From an uncultured Spirochaetota bacterium (GTDB lineage: Bacteria; Spirochaetota; Spirochaetia; SZUA-6; Fen-1364): a stretch of DNA of 64,000 nt. The DNA lies in the NCBI GenBank assembly GCA_963745235.1, contig CAVUXE010000052.1:192001-256000 (forward strand), in the 5' to 3' direction. The stretch's first letter is position 1, and every line of letters starts with the position of its first letter. Below the pieces are notes generated by a model. It had not been told where the DNA came from. It did no database searches and saw only the letters and a list, made by a program, of their open reading frames with translations. Positions 34,004 to 46,143 of the stretch are shown one piece after another. The position numbers were made by a program, and so were the translations under genes.

Positions 34004-35392
34004 CTACCTCTTCAGCGTCAGCAGTTCCTGAAGCATCTGATCCGAGGTGGTGATGGTCCGGGAGTTCGCCTGGAAGCCCCTCTCCGTCACGATCATGTCG
34101 GTGAACTGCTCCGCGAGATCAACGTTCGACATTTCGAGCGTTCCCGCTATCACCTTGCCTTTTCCCGCCGAGCCGGAGGGACCGACGTTTGGCTGCCCGG
34201 AGTTGTTGGACACCACGTAGGTGTTTTCCCCGTCCTTTTCAAGGCCGCCGGGGTTCGTGAAGCTGGCGAGCCCGATCTGGCCAATGACCCGGTTGGAGCC
34301 GTTGGTGTACACGCCGGTGATGACCCCGGACTGGTCGATCTTGAAGCTTTCCAGGTAACCCATCGTGTAGCCGTCCTGCCGGACCGCCTTGGTGGAGCTT
34401 GTATCCCCGAACTGCGTGATTGCGTCCCGGTAGGCGCCCACCTGGCCGAGGTTCAGATTGAAGGTCTGGCGGACCGTCGCCGCGCCCGCGGGGACGGTAG
34501 CTCCCGGCACGTCGTACGAGGCCTGCACCTGCAGCGCGCCCGCGTTGATGATGGCGCCCGCGGCGTCTCTGACGTCAGCGAGCGCCCCCAGGTTGTCGAA
34601 GTCCAGGAGGAATGTGTTGCCCGCCGCCGCGCCGTTGCCGACCTGGACCCGGGGGTTCGTTGAAGCCGGGGCGGCAGGATCGACAAGCACTTCCCCCCGC
34701 CACCTGTTGGCGACACCCGGCACCTTCGTGAAGTTGACCTGCAGCTTGTGCTGGCGGCCGAAGGAGTCATAGATGTCGAAGCTCGTCTGCCAGGTGCCTT
34801 CCTGCACGGTTTGAGCCGTCGCCCCTGCCGGAATCTCCGGCGTTCGCTTGTCCAGGTTGCTGGCAAAGAAGACGTTCGTCGTGGCGCGCGCCGGGTCCTT
34901 GCTGCCGACGGGAATCTCCAGGTCCTGCAGGTCTGACGCGTTGTTCACGAATGTCTCCCCGCCCACCGTCTGCGCCATCCATCCCTGCACCCGGCGCCCG
35001 TTTGCCGGGTTCACCAGCCGCCCGTCCTGATCCAGGGAGAACGCGCCGTTGCGGGTGTAGTACTGCTTGTTCCCGTCCTTCAGGACGAAGAAGCCGTTTC
35101 CCTGGAGGGCGACGTCTGTCATGACGCCCGTGGACTGCAGCGAGCCCTGCGTGTGGATGGTGTCAATGGTGGAGACCATCATGCCCAGGCCGACCTGCTG
35201 CGGGTTCACGCCGCCCACCTCGTCAGTGGGCTTCGCCGCGCCGGAAAGGGTCTGGGAGAGCATGTCCTGGAACGTGACCCTGCCCTTCTTGAAACCGTTG
35301 GTGTTCACGTTCGCGATGTTGTTGCCAAGCACATCCATGCGCGTCTGGTGGTTTTCCAGACCCGAAACGCCGGCCCAAAGCGACCTCATCAT
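34004..35392 (-). CDS. flgE: Hook protein FlgE
   Basis: [29 protein letters not shown]. Confidence 0.97.
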   Translation of the reverse strand: MMRSLWAGVSGLENHQTRMDVLGNNIANVNTNGFKKGRVTFQDMLSQTLSGAAKPTDEVGGVNPQQVGLGMMVSTIDTIHTQGSLQSTGVMTDVALQGNGFFVLKDGNKQYYTRNGAFSLDQDGRLVNPANGRRVQGWMAQTVGGETFVNNASDLQDLEIPVGSKDPARATTNVFFASNLDKRTPEIPAGATAQTVQEGTWQTSFDIYDSFGRQHKLQVNFTKVPGVANRWRGEVLVDPAAPASTNPRVQVGNGAAAGNTFLLDFDNLGALADVRDAAGAIINAGALQVQASYDVPGATVPAGAATVRQTFNLNLGQVGAYRDAITQFGDTSSTKAVRQDGYTMGYLESFKIDQSGVITGVYTNGSNRVIGQIGLASFTNPGGLEKDGENTYVVSNNSGQPNVGPSGSAGKGKVIAGTLEMSNVDLAEQFTDMIVTERGFQANSRTITTSDQMLQELLTLKR

Positions 35393-35398
35393 ATGCCG

Positions 35399-35851
35399 TT
35401 ACTCCTTGCTCGCTCTTTTGATCTTCTGAACCTGGGAGAAGTCGTAATACTTTCCATTGACAAGGACCTGGGGATACTCGCCGGCTGTCACCGCGTCAAC
35501 GATCCCTGAAACGGTGGCCTCCCCGTCTGCGACATCAACCGAGCTGCCCAGCACGTTGAGCGCCTGGCTTCGGGACACCAGGTCAGCCACCTTCGAAAGC
35601 CCTTCGTTCATGTTCGTGATCTGCTCCAGGCTCGAGAACTGGGCCATCTGCGCAATGAACTCCTTGTCCTCGACGGGCTGCGTCGGGTCCTGGTGGCTGA
35701 GCTGCGTGATGAGAATCTTCAGGAAGTCGTTCCTGTCCAGGCCGGTGTTCGGCTTCCTGGTCGAGGACGGGTTCAGCGACTTGTTGAAAGCGTCCACCTC
35801 GCGGTTGACGCCGAGCATCTCCTGCGGAGACAACATCAGGGACAAATCCAT
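35399..35851 (-). CDS. flgD: Hook cap FlgD
   Basis: FLKILITQLSHQDP, FIAQMAQFSSLEQ. Confidence 0.95.
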   Translation of the reverse strand: MDLSLMLSPQEMLGVNREVDAFNKSLNPSSTRKPNTGLDRNDFLKILITQLSHQDPTQPVEDKEFIAQMAQFSSLEQITNMNEGLSKVADLVSRSQALNVLGSSVDVADGEATVSGIVDAVTAGEYPQVLVNGKYYDFSQVQKIKRASKE

Positions 35852-35860
35852 CTCTTCCTC

Positions 35861-37102
35861 CTACACGAACAGGTTCACCAGCAGATCACCAAGGCTCATG
35901 CTCTCGACGCCAGGCACGTTCCAATCCGGCCCCGCCGGACCGGCGGGAGCGTTGACCCGCCGTATCCGCTGGGAGGGCTCCTTGTCGGGCCTGCCGTTGT
36001 CCGAGCCCTGTCCGCCCACGGAAACCTGCAGGGACGCTGTCTGGAACCCCTCCGCGGTCAGCGCCCTCATGAGGGAATCCAGGCTCCCCTCGAACACATG
36101 CTTCACCGCGGTGTTGTCCACGATGATCCGGCCCTCAATGGCATTATCGACAAGGTTCATGCGGATGCGCACACTTCCCAGCGATTCCGGCTTCAGGGTG
36201 AGCTTGATCTCCCCTCCCCCGTCACGGAGGATGATTCCTGCCGCCCTGGTCAGCTCGGAGCCCGCCATCTCGCGAAGCCGCTCGAGCGCGCCGGCCGCGG
36301 GCGCTGGAGGCGGAGCGCTTTGCCTGCGTGTCTCACGCACGGAGGTATCCGCAGCGCCGCTGTCCCGGGGGATCACAGGAACCGATGCGTCCCTGTCCGG
36401 GACCGCCGTTTTCAACGCCTTGCCTGCCGTGTCCTCTGCGGGGGAATCCCCGGGCTTTCTCCGTGCGTCCACGACGTGGAGGCGAAGCTCATGACCTTTT
36501 CGAGTTGCGGCCGGAGAAACAGCCGCGGCATGCTCTGCGGGCCCCTTTACGGTCTCTCCGTGGCTGCCTTCAAGCCGGGGGACGTTCGTGGTCCCCTGCG
36601 CCGGACCGATCCCCATGGCTGATGCGATGCCATCCGTGTGCGCGGGAGTCCGAGCAGCCTTCTTCTTGAGCTTTTTTTCGTCGTGTTCCAGCCCTTCGTC
36701 GGTTTCCCGGAAAGCCTTCACGGCATTTGCCTGCTGCTGCCCGGCTTGCTCTCCTCCAGGGAGATGGGCAACCGTCAGCTTGTGGGCGTCCGCGTCTTCT
36801 TTCCCGCCGGAAGCCAAGCGCACCTTGACGCCGTGAAGGCCGTTGGAGCCCAAGCCTTTGCCTTGCAGCCCGTCGGCGTGCGTCCTAGCCGCGGCTGTGT
36901 TTTTCTCCAGTGCCTTGAGCAGCGCTTTCTTGAAGGCTGATGAGGCTTTGAGCCCGGCCTTGACGGCCGTTGCCCTGGCTCCAATGGGGGAATGCAGGGC
37001 ATTCTTCACGGGAAGCAGAGCGCCATGCTTTGCTTTTGCGTTCCCGGCTTTTGCGTTGCCGCTGCTGAGGAGCGCCATGGGCGCCGCTGCCTGCACTCTC
37101 AA
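35861..37102 (-). CDS. fliK: Hook-length control protein FliK
   Basis: Low-complexity N-terminus; LKPESLGSVRI C-terminal domain. Confidence 0.85.
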   Translation of the reverse strand: MRVQAAAPMALLSSGNAKAGNAKAKHGALLPVKNALHSPIGARATAVKAGLKASSAFKKALLKALEKNTAAARTHADGLQGKGLGSNGLHGVKVRLASGGKEDADAHKLTVAHLPGGEQAGQQQANAVKAFRETDEGLEHDEKKLKKKAARTPAHTDGIASAMGIGPAQGTTNVPRLEGSHGETVKGPAEHAAAVSPAATRKGHELRLHVVDARRKPGDSPAEDTAGKALKTAVPDRDASVPVIPRDSGAADTSVRETRRQSAPPPAPAAGALERLREMAGSELTRAAGIILRDGGGEIKLTLKPESLGSVRIRMNLVDNAIEGRIIVDNTAVKHVFEGSLDSLMRALTAEGFQTASLQVSVGGQGSDNGRPDKEPSQRIRRVNAPAGPAGPDWNVPGVESMSLGDLLVNLFV

Positions 37103-37722
37103 CCTCCCGTGTTCCTGGCCATCTTGCGCTGCAAGGTCGCCGCCCTGTCGGCCGGCATGATTGACAGCCAGTAGGGCACCAGGGAATCCTGACCAGCCCG
37201 CTGCGCCTGGGCTTCCACGATCCGAAAGATGTCAATGACATCCTGGTCGTCCATCTTCATCAGTATGTCGCGTGCGTTGGTCGGCGGCATGCTGGTCAGG
37301 TACCTCGCGTTCTGCTCGAGGTTTACTCTTCTATTCTCGAACGCTTTCACCCGGTCATTAAATGCTTTTTCCCGGGCGCTCAACGCGGCTTCCTTGTCAT
37401 TGAGGTCCTGCCCCAGCTGGTTGAGCTCCTTCTCCTTTGCCGTCAGGGATGCTTCCTTCGTGTCCAGGTCCTGTTGCCTGAGGACCAGCGCGTCAGCCTG
37501 CTTGGAGAGGCGCTCCTTGTCCAGCAGGTTCGGGTCGTCCGCGCTTGCCACGGCGCTGCGCTTCTGGACCCCGAGGGCCTGGTAGACCGGGGCGAGCATT
37601 GCCTTCGCGTCGATGATCCCCAGGTAGTCGAACCAGATCAGCCCTCCCAGGGTGAGGACGATGACAAGGAGGAAGAGAATGAAAATCCTTGATCCGGGCC
37701 GAACTTCACCCAACTCTGCCAT
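37099..37722 (-). CDS. flbB: Spirochaete flagellar collar protein FlbB
   Basis: GLIWFDYLG TM segment, coiled coil, MPP, SLVPYWLSIMP. Confidence 0.85.
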   Translation of the reverse strand: MAELGEVRPGSRIFILFLLVIVLTLGGLIWFDYLGIIDAKAMLAPVYQALGVQKRSAVASADDPNLLDKERLSKQADALVLRQQDLDTKEASLTAKEKELNQLGQDLNDKEAALSAREKAFNDRVKAFENRRVNLEQNARYLTSMPPTNARDILMKMDDQDVIDIFRIVEAQAQRAGQDSLVPYWLSIMPADRAATLQRKMARNTGG

Positions 37723-38206
37723 TGGCGCTCCTTGCAGCGTGGTCGTCGAGCGGATCCTCCCGCACCAGTTCCCGCCGCGTCGCCGCCGCAGTGTTTATGT
37801 CGTCGATTGTCTTGAACTCCTCATCGATCTGCCGCTCATAGGAAGCAGCCGCCTGGCGATCCTTCAGCTTGTCCAGCACCTTGCGCGCCCGCGCGGCCTC
37901 GAGGTACTTCGCACGTACCTCTTCCAGCGCGGCTCGTTTTTCAACCAGCGCGGCTTGCGTCCGCTCACCCTCGCGCGCCAATCTCTGCACGTAGAGCTCG
38001 CGCCGCGTCATGGAGTCGATGTCGACCTTGCTTCCGATTCGGAACGCTGAAAGGAAGCTCGCCGAGACTTCCTGCGCTATCTCGGCGATCCGCCTTTCCA
38101 GCAGGAGGCATTCCCCCAGGGCCTTCGCCAGGGCAAGCTCCCACTCGCGCTCCTTCCAGCGCCGGAGCTCCAGAAAGCGCTCAAGCCTGAACTGGAACCG
38201 CCTCAT
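37706..38206 (-). CDS. fliJ: FliJ
   Basis: MRRFQFRLERFLELR, KVLDKLK; follows fliI. Confidence 0.85.
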   Translation of the reverse strand: MRRFQFRLERFLELRRWKEREWELALAKALGECLLLERRIAEIAQEVSASFLSAFRIGSKVDIDSMTRRELYVQRLAREGERTQAALVEKRAALEEVRAKYLEAARARKVLDKLKDRQAAASYERQIDEEFKTIDDINTAAATRRELVREDPLDDHAARSANGRVG

Positions 38207-39596
38207 TCCCCTGGCCTGCGGGTATTGCGGCCCGCGCGTCCTCAAGCGTCCCTCTCGGAGCCGTCCCCAGCTCCTGTTCAGGGATTTCGATGCCCGCGAT
38301 CTCCCCCGCCATCTTCAGGGTCTGGGAAAACGATACCCTTTCCTCGATGCGCTGCCTCAGGAACTCCTCGATGGCCGGCATCTTCTCGATGGCTTCATCT
38401 ATTTCCGCGTTGCTGCCCCTCACGTAGGCCCCGACGCTGATGAGGTCTTCGGCGGCCGCGTAGGTCGCCATCAGCCTCTTGATGTACCCGGCGGCCTCCC
38501 GCGTGCGCGGCCCGGTTATGTGGACCGCAAGGCGGGAGATGGATTGCAGCACGTCAACGGCGGGATAGTGGTTGCGGCTTGCGAGCTTTCGCGTCAGAAC
38601 GATATGACCGTCCAGGATCCCGCGCACGTTGTCGGAGACCGGATCATCGATGTCGTCTCCCTCCACGAGGATGGTGTAGAACCCCGTGATGCTGCCCTTG
38701 TCGGAGGTGCCGCTGCGCTCCAGCAATTTCGGCAGGAGCGAAAACACGGACGGCGTGAAGCCCCGGTTGGCCGGCGGCTCTCCGATGGCAAGCCCGATCT
38801 CCCGCTGCGCCCGCGCGAACCTCGTGACCGAATCGAACAGGAGCATCACGTCCTTGCCGGCGTCGCGGAAATACTCCGCGATGGCCGTTGCGACGTATGC
38901 CCCGCGGATCCTGGCCAGGGGCGGCTTGTTGGAGGAGGAGACCACGATGACGGACCTTGCCAGGCCCTCGGGGCCCAGGTCGTTTTCGATGAACTCACGG
39001 ACTTCACGGCCGCGCTCTCCGATCAACGCGATCACGTTCACGTCCGCGGAGGTGTTGCGGGCGATCATGCCCAGGAGCGTGGACTTCCCTATTCCGCTCC
39101 CGGCGAAGATGCCCATGCGCTGTCCCTTTCCAACCGTGAGAAGCCCGTCCACGGAGCGGATCCCCGTGGTGATGGTTTCCTGGATCCGCCTCCTCTTCAG
39201 CACGTCCGGGGGCGTGTTGAAGGCGGAGTACCATTCCTCGGAGCCGATGTCACCCCGCACGTCGATCGGCTTGCCCATCGAATCAAGGGTCCGGCCCAAC
39301 AGCTTCTCGGAGACCGGCACGCGCAGGACCTCCCCCATGCCGATCACCATGTTCCCGATCTCGATGCCTTCCATCTCATCATAGGGCATGAGCTGGACGA
39401 CTTTCCCCCGCAGCCCGACCACCTCCGCCCAGACGACCCCGCGCCCCCGGGGGACCAGGATCTGGCAGAGCTCCCCCACCTGCGCCGCCGGCCCCAGGCT
39501 CTCCACCAGGAGACCCTGCACCTTCTCCACGACACCGGTGAACTTGATGGGATCCAGGTCGGCAAGGCGCGCCGTGTATTTGTCGAAGACCCCCAT
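38181..39596 (-). CDS. fliI: Flagellar export ATPase FliI
   Basis: AGSGIGKST, GERGREV, DSVTRFA, ILDGHI. Confidence 0.96.
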   Translation of the reverse strand: MGVFDKYTARLADLDPIKFTGVVEKVQGLLVESLGPAAQVGELCQILVPRGRGVVWAEVVGLRGKVVQLMPYDEMEGIEIGNMVIGMGEVLRVPVSEKLLGRTLDSMGKPIDVRGDIGSEEWYSAFNTPPDVLKRRRIQETITTGIRSVDGLLTVGKGQRMGIFAGSGIGKSTLLGMIARNTSADVNVIALIGERGREVREFIENDLGPEGLARSVIVVSSSNKPPLARIRGAYVATAIAEYFRDAGKDVMLLFDSVTRFARAQREIGLAIGEPPANRGFTPSVFSLLPKLLERSGTSDKGSITGFYTILVEGDDIDDPVSDNVRGILDGHIVLTRKLASRNHYPAVDVLQSISRLAVHITGPRTREAAGYIKRLMATYAAAEDLISVGAYVRGSNAEIDEAIEKMPAIEEFLRQRIEERVSFSQTLKMAGEIAGIEIPEQELGTAPRGTLEDARAAIPAGQGNEAVPVQA

Positions 39597-39605
39597 GATC
39601 CCTCC

Positions 39606-40532
39606 CTACTCGCCCTTTGACCTGATGGGCATGAGCTCCAGGATCCGCTCCTCGATCTCATGCAGCTGCGAGGATATGCGCGCGTCGATCTGGCCGAAGT
39701 CGGTCTCGATGATGCAGCCTCCCCTGTCCACGGAAGAGTCCTCCAGGACGGTGATGGACTTGACGTTCTCCACCATCTTCATGAAGTCCTTCACGTGCTC
39801 CGAGGTGAGCTCCAGGTCCGCAAGGTTCACGCGGATCACCACGTCGCCGCGGCTCTTGAGCTTGCGCAGGGCCTGGACGACGTTGTTGATCACAACGTTC
39901 TTCTGATTCTCCGAGATGACCTTGATGACCTTCTTCACGATCAGGAGCACGAGGTTGATGATCTGCGTCTCCGCCTCCTGGATGATCTCGTTGCGCTTCT
40001 CGATGGCCTTCGTGATGATGCTATGCAGGCTTTCAACAAGGCGCGCCACCTCTGCCTTGCCTTCTTCAAACCCCTTTTCGTGGCCGTCCGCATGGCCCTT
40101 CTCGTAGGCCTCGCGCTCGGTCTGCGTCACGCGGCTCTTGATCTCGTTCTCGAGCTCCGTTGCCTTTGTCCGGGCTTCCGCAAGGATGAGCTGGGCCTGG
40201 TCTTCCGCGTCCTGGCGGATCTTCTGGGCCTGGTTGTTCTTGCGCTTCACCTCGTCGAACGCGACCTTCTCGGCTTCCTTTTTGATCTTTTCAGCTTCCG
40301 CCTGGGCCTGGGCCAGCATCCGTTCCTTCTCGGCTTCCCAGTCCTTCTTGAACTGCTCCGCCTCGCGGCGCAGATCGTCCACGGTGGGCCCCGTGTATTC
40401 TCCCCCCCGCTCCTCTTCCTCCACCGGGCGGGCTTCCTCCACCTGCTCTTCGCTCACGATCTTGGGCGGCTCTATGAAGACCTTGCGGGAGAGGTACATG
40501 ATCTCCTGCGGCTTGAAAACGTTCTTGGCCAA
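39606..40532 (-). CDS. fliH: FliH (TTG start)
   Basis: GxxxG repeats, GGCIIETDFGQIDARI. Confidence 0.92.
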   Translation of the reverse strand: MAKNVFKPQEIMYLSRKVFIEPPKIVSEEQVEEARPVEEEERGGEYTGPTVDDLRREAEQFKKDWEAEKERMLAQAQAEAEKIKKEAEKVAFDEVKRKNNQAQKIRQDAEDQAQLILAEARTKATELENEIKSRVTQTEREAYEKGHADGHEKGFEEGKAEVARLVESLHSIITKAIEKRNEIIQEAETQIINLVLLIVKKVIKVISENQKNVVINNVVQALRKLKSRGDVVIRVNLADLELTSEHVKDFMKMVENVKSITVLEDSSVDRGGCIIETDFGQIDARISSQLHEIEERILELMPIRSKGE

Positions 40533-40557
40533 TCAGCTGCTCCTTCTCCCCTTGCTC

Positions 40558-41673
40558 CTAAACGACAAGCTCCTCTTCGCCGGCGCGAGCCACGACGATC
40601 TCGCCCTGCTCCTCGAGCTTCCTGATGATGGCGACGATCCTCTGCTGGGCCTCTTCCACGTCCTTCAGACGGATGGGCCCCATGTAGTCCATGTCCTCTT
40701 TCAGCAGGGTCGAAGCGCGCTTGGACATGTTGCGGTAGATCTTGTCCTGGACCTCCGAGTCCACGCTCTTGAGCGCCTTTGCAAGCTCCGCCGTGTCCAC
40801 CTCGCGAAGGACCTTCTGGATTGCGCGGTCGTCCAGGAGGACGATGTCCTCGAACACGAACATGCGCTTCTTGATCTCTTCCGCAAGCTCCGGGTCATCC
40901 TCTTCCAGGCTCTCCACGATGGTCTTCTCCGTGGACCGGTCCACCATGTTGAGGATCTCCACGATGCTCTCCACGCCGCCGGCAGCGGTGTAGTCCTCCG
41001 AGGAGAGGGTGGAAAGCTTCTTTTCCAGCACCCGCTCAACCTCTCTCAGGACTTCCGGAGAGGTGCGGTCCATGGTCGCAATGCGCTTTGCAACGTCGGA
41101 CTGGATCTCGTGGGGCAGGCTCCCCAGGATGATGGAGGCCTTCTGCGGCTCCAGGTACGCGAGGATAAGCGCGATGGTCTGCGGGTGCTCCTGCTGGATG
41201 AAGTTCAGGAGGTGGGCCGGGTCCGTGCGCCGGATGAAGTCGAACGGGCGCACCTGCAGGGAGCTGGTGAGCCTGTTGATGATGTCCACGGCTTTCTGCG
41301 TGCCGAGGGACTTCTCCAGCAGCTCGCGGGCGTAATCGATGCCGCCCGTGGAGATGAACTCCTGGGCCATCATCAGCTCGTGGAACTCCATGAGCACAAG
41401 GTCACGCTCCTGGGGCTCGATGCTCTCCAGGCGGGCTATCTCGAAGGTGAGCTGCTCGATCTCGTCTTCCCGCAGGTGCTTGAAGATCTCAGAGGCGATC
41501 TCCGAGCCCAGTGTGACCAGGAAAACGGCCGCTTTCTGCCGACCGGTGAGCGCCTTCTTGTGCGCCCCGGCCCCCTTGGGAGTCTCCCTCTTCGTCTGCG
41601 CCTGGGCGCCGGCGGTCGTCTGTGCATCCGGCTTTTCGCGCGCGGGCGCTGCCGGCCTGAGCTGCTTTGCCAT
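40558..41673 (-). CDS. fliG: FliG
   Basis: QKAAVFL, GGIDYA, EHPQTIA, MFVFED. Confidence 0.96.
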   Translation of the reverse strand: MAKQLRPAAPAREKPDAQTTAGAQAQTKRETPKGAGAHKKALTGRQKAAVFLVTLGSEIASEIFKHLREDEIEQLTFEIARLESIEPQERDLVLMEFHELMMAQEFISTGGIDYARELLEKSLGTQKAVDIINRLTSSLQVRPFDFIRRTDPAHLLNFIQQEHPQTIALILAYLEPQKASIILGSLPHEIQSDVAKRIATMDRTSPEVLREVERVLEKKLSTLSSEDYTAAGGVESIVEILNMVDRSTEKTIVESLEEDDPELAEEIKKRMFVFEDIVLLDDRAIQKVLREVDTAELAKALKSVDSEVQDKIYRNMSKRASTLLKEDMDYMGPIRLKDVEEAQQRIVAIIRKLEEQGEIVVARAGEEELVV

Positions 41674-41675
41674 CC

Positions 41676-43376
41676 CTACTCCTCCACGAGCCAGGTCCGA
41701 ATGAGCTGCGCCACGTCCTCGGGATGCTCGCGCGCCATGTTCACCGCGTTCTCCTGCATCTCCAGGCGGGCCCTGTCCTCAACGGAAAGCTCGACCTCCA
41801 CTCCCTGCTCCTCGGCCGTGCGCAGGGCAGCCTCGCGCATTGCCTGGTGCTGCCGGGCAAGCTCTTCCTCACGCAGCCTGCGCCTCCGTTCCGCTTCCTT
41901 GGCGATGAGGCGATAGGCGACGACCAGGAAGAGGACCAACCCGATGCCGATCAGGACCATGTAGATGGTCCTTCGGACCGCCATGGCATGGCGGAACACC
42001 GAGTCTTCCTTCTCGAACTGGATGCTGCGGTCGAACTGGATGGACTGAACTTCCACGTTGTCTCCACGGTCGCGATCGAAGCCGACTGCGCCCTGGATGA
42101 GCGCCTTGGCCTTGGCCAGATCGTCATCTGAGACGGGCGTGTAGTCCCTTTGGATGCTTCCGTCGGGATTCAAGAGCACCTGACCCTTCTGGTCGTATTT
42201 TACTCTCCAAACCCCGTCAATGGCCACACCCGTTGTGATCCTCTGGATCTCCCAGGGTTGTTTTTCCTCGCTGGTCACTTTCTTGTTGATCTCGTTGTTC
42301 GTGGTCTGCGAGCTCTTGTCATACTTGCCGACGAGGTTTGACAGGTCCTTGTAGGCGGGCGGCGTCTGTCCTTCCTGCCCCGGAGGCCCCTCGGGATTGA
42401 AGCCGGTCCCCTGGAAATGCTCCTCGATGGACTGCGTGGAGCGCGCAATGGAGGGGGCATACTTCGGAGGGGTGAAGCGCGTCGCCGGCTCGATTGCGAT
42501 GGGTGAGAACTCCTCGGCCGTGGAGGACACCTTGCTCATGTCCAGCTTGATGTCGATCTTGAGTATCCTGACACGGTCCTGGCTGAAGATGTCGCGGAGC
42601 GCCTCCGTGATCTCGGAGTTGTACTTGGTCTCGAGCTCCTGCTTGACCTTCAGCTCCCGCTTTGCCAGCTCCAGCCTGTCCACTTCCGCGAGGTCGGCAA
42701 AGTCGTTCAACTGGAGCCCCGTGTTGTCGGTTATGACAATGTCCTCGGGCTTCAGCCCCGCGACCGCCAGGGTGATAAGGCGCTGCACTCCCATGATCTT
42801 CTTGCGGTTTGTCGCGAAGTCCGAACCGGGCTTCGGTGTAATGATGATGGAAGCCGTGGTCGGCTTCTGGTCCGCCGTGAAGAGCTCCGTCTTGGGCACC
42901 ACCAGGGTGACGCTCACGTTGTCCACGTCATCCAGCGCCCGGATATGCTGCTCCAGCTGTTTCGTGACGGCCCGCTGCAGGTTGACGTCCCGCTCGAAGT
43001 CCGTGGTGGTCCAGCGCTCCATGTCAAACAAGGCCCACGGATCGGTGCCCTTGGGGATCAGGTTCTCCTCGTTGAGCACCACCCTCACGTGACGGGCTGA
43101 TTTCTCGTCCGCGACGTAGAAGATGTTGTCGGGACGCAGCTGGTACTTGACGCCCATCTCATCCAGCTTGGCCGCGATCTGCAGACGCGCATCACTGTCG
43201 GTGATCGGGTTCGAGATGAGCGGCACCATGGACGGCGTCGCGCTGAAGCTGAACAGCAATATCACCGCCAGGATGCTCGCGCCGATGATCGAGAACAGGA
43301 CGACCTTCTGGGTCGTATTCCACCGGGCCCAGAGCCCGGTCAGCTGCTCACGGATCCGCTTCCACCACTCGTTCAT
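41676..43376 (-). CDS. fliF: MS-ring protein FliF
   Basis: Two TM segments, WTTTDFER, AVGFDRDRGD, VAQLIRTWL. Confidence 0.94.
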   Translation of the reverse strand: MNEWWKRIREQLTGLWARWNTTQKVVLFSIIGASILAVILLFSFSATPSMVPLISNPITDSDARLQIAAKLDEMGVKYQLRPDNIFYVADEKSARHVRVVLNEENLIPKGTDPWALFDMERWTTTDFERDVNLQRAVTKQLEQHIRALDDVDNVSVTLVVPKTELFTADQKPTTASIIITPKPGSDFATNRKKIMGVQRLITLAVAGLKPEDIVITDNTGLQLNDFADLAEVDRLELAKRELKVKQELETKYNSEITEALRDIFSQDRVRILKIDIKLDMSKVSSTAEEFSPIAIEPATRFTPPKYAPSIARSTQSIEEHFQGTGFNPEGPPGQEGQTPPAYKDLSNLVGKYDKSSQTTNNEINKKVTSEEKQPWEIQRITTGVAIDGVWRVKYDQKGQVLLNPDGSIQRDYTPVSDDDLAKAKALIQGAVGFDRDRGDNVEVQSIQFDRSIQFEKEDSVFRHAMAVRRTIYMVLIGIGLVLFLVVAYRLIAKEAERRRRLREEELARQHQAMREAALRTAEEQGVEVELSVEDRARLEMQENAVNMAREHPEDVAQLIRTWLVEE

Positions 43377-43416
43377 GTCCCCTCCCTGTCATGCCCTTGT
43401 GCCTTCTTCTCCTGCC

Positions 43417-43745
43417 TTACCGTACGTTGATTATTTCTCTGTATGCCGCGAGCGCCCTGTCCACGATGGCCTTGGTCATGGAGAGCGAAAGGTTCGCCTC
43501 CGCCAGCGCAATGGTCACGTCGTGAACGTTCACCGAGTCAGGGTTCGTGACCATCTGCTGCGTGAGGTCCATGCTTTTGAGCTGGCTGTCGTTCACGCTC
43601 CCCAGCGCGCCCAGGAGCAGGTTCCCGAAGGAGCCCTCAGGTCCGGCCGCCGGGGCCGCCTGCTCCCCGATGCCCGGCAATGTGGCGCGGGTCCGTGCGC
43701 GCCAGTTCTCACCACGTCGCCGAACGCCTGAATGGGATCACTCAT
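43417..43745 (-). CDS. fliA-cluster fliE: FliE, frameshifted near its 5' end
   Basis: HDVTIALAEANLSL, AYREI; ATG at 43745 is in another frame. Confidence 0.85.
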
Positions 43746-43749
43746 TCAC

Positions 43750-44210
43750 TCATCTCCCTATCTCGAGGGCCTTGAGGAACATGGCCTTCGTGGCGTTGAT
43801 GACAGCGGAGTTCGCCTCGTAGGAGCGCGAAGCGGCTGATCATGTCCACCATCTCGTTCACGATGTTCACGTTGGGGAACTCCACGTAGCCCTTGCGGGG
43901 CCCCGTCTTGATGGCGTCAGGATGCGTGGGGTCGTACACGAGCCGCGGGTTGGTGGCGTAGTCCTTTTCCACCTTGGCCACGCGCACGCCCTTGCCCACT
44001 TCGTCCTTCAGGTAGCGTGGGGAGGAACGGGCTGCGCCAGTACGGCTCTTCAACGCGCGGGCGGAAGATCACCCGGCTCCTCCGGAAAGGCCCGCCCTCC
44101 GTGGTCCGCGTGGTGTTGACGTTCGCGATGTTGTCGGCAATCACGTCGAGGCGAAGCTTCTCAGCGGTCAGCCCCGATGCCGCCGTGGTGATGCTGCTGA
44201 ACATTCCCAT
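43750..44210 (-). CDS. flgC: FlgC, with several frameshifts
   Basis: [19 protein letters not shown]; [21 protein letters not shown] in a second frame. Confidence 0.88.
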
Positions 44211-44214
44211 CGTC

Positions 44215-44632
44215 TTACCTCAGCACGATATTCACGCCCTGGATCTCGCTGGTCACCGCCTGAGTCAGGGTCGTGTAAAGGAGCTGGTTGGTCAGGGCGT
44301 TCGTGCCCTCCTCCTCGATGTCCACGTTGTTGCCGTTGTTCTTCGCCTCCGTGAGGTAGTCAAGGACGCGCCGCGGCTTCACCTGCGTCCAGTCGATGGG
44401 CTGGTCGAACGGGATGTCGCGTGGATTGGTGATGACCTGGGGGAACCTCGGGCGGCTTCTCCGACTCCAGCGCCCGTCGGAGCTGGCTTTCGAAGTTCAC
44501 GACGCTGCGCTTGAAGTTCGGCGTGTCGGCGTTTGCGATGTTGTTGGCGATCACGTTCTGGCGGAGCGCCGCGACGTCAAGCTCGCGAGTCATGATCTCG
44601 AGGTTTTTTCCAAAGGATCCGGCAAAAACCAT
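44215..44632 (-). CDS. flgB: FlgB, frameshifted near 44430
   Basis: [18 protein letters not shown]; NNGNNVDIE in another frame. Confidence 0.88.
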
Positions 44633-44652
44633 GCTCTTCTTCTCCTACTCTA

Positions 44653-44660
44653 TCTTCGGC
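44653..44660 (-). promoter_or_regulatory. Possible sigma28 -10 element upstream of flgB
   Basis: GCCGAAGA just before the AGGAG RBS; no canonical TAAA -35 seen. Confidence 0.3.
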
Positions 44661-44706
44661 TTGTTTCCCGCGCTGCCAAAGGGCTGCGCGCCGTTGGCCT
44701 CATCGT

Positions 44707-46139
<1,433 letters not shown>

Positions 46140-46143
<4 letters not shown>

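Noticed and set aside
19024-44632. Decay of the flagellar system by pseudogenisation
   Set aside because: The same kind of indel hits ftsZ and topA and conserved motifs are intact, so assembly error is more likely
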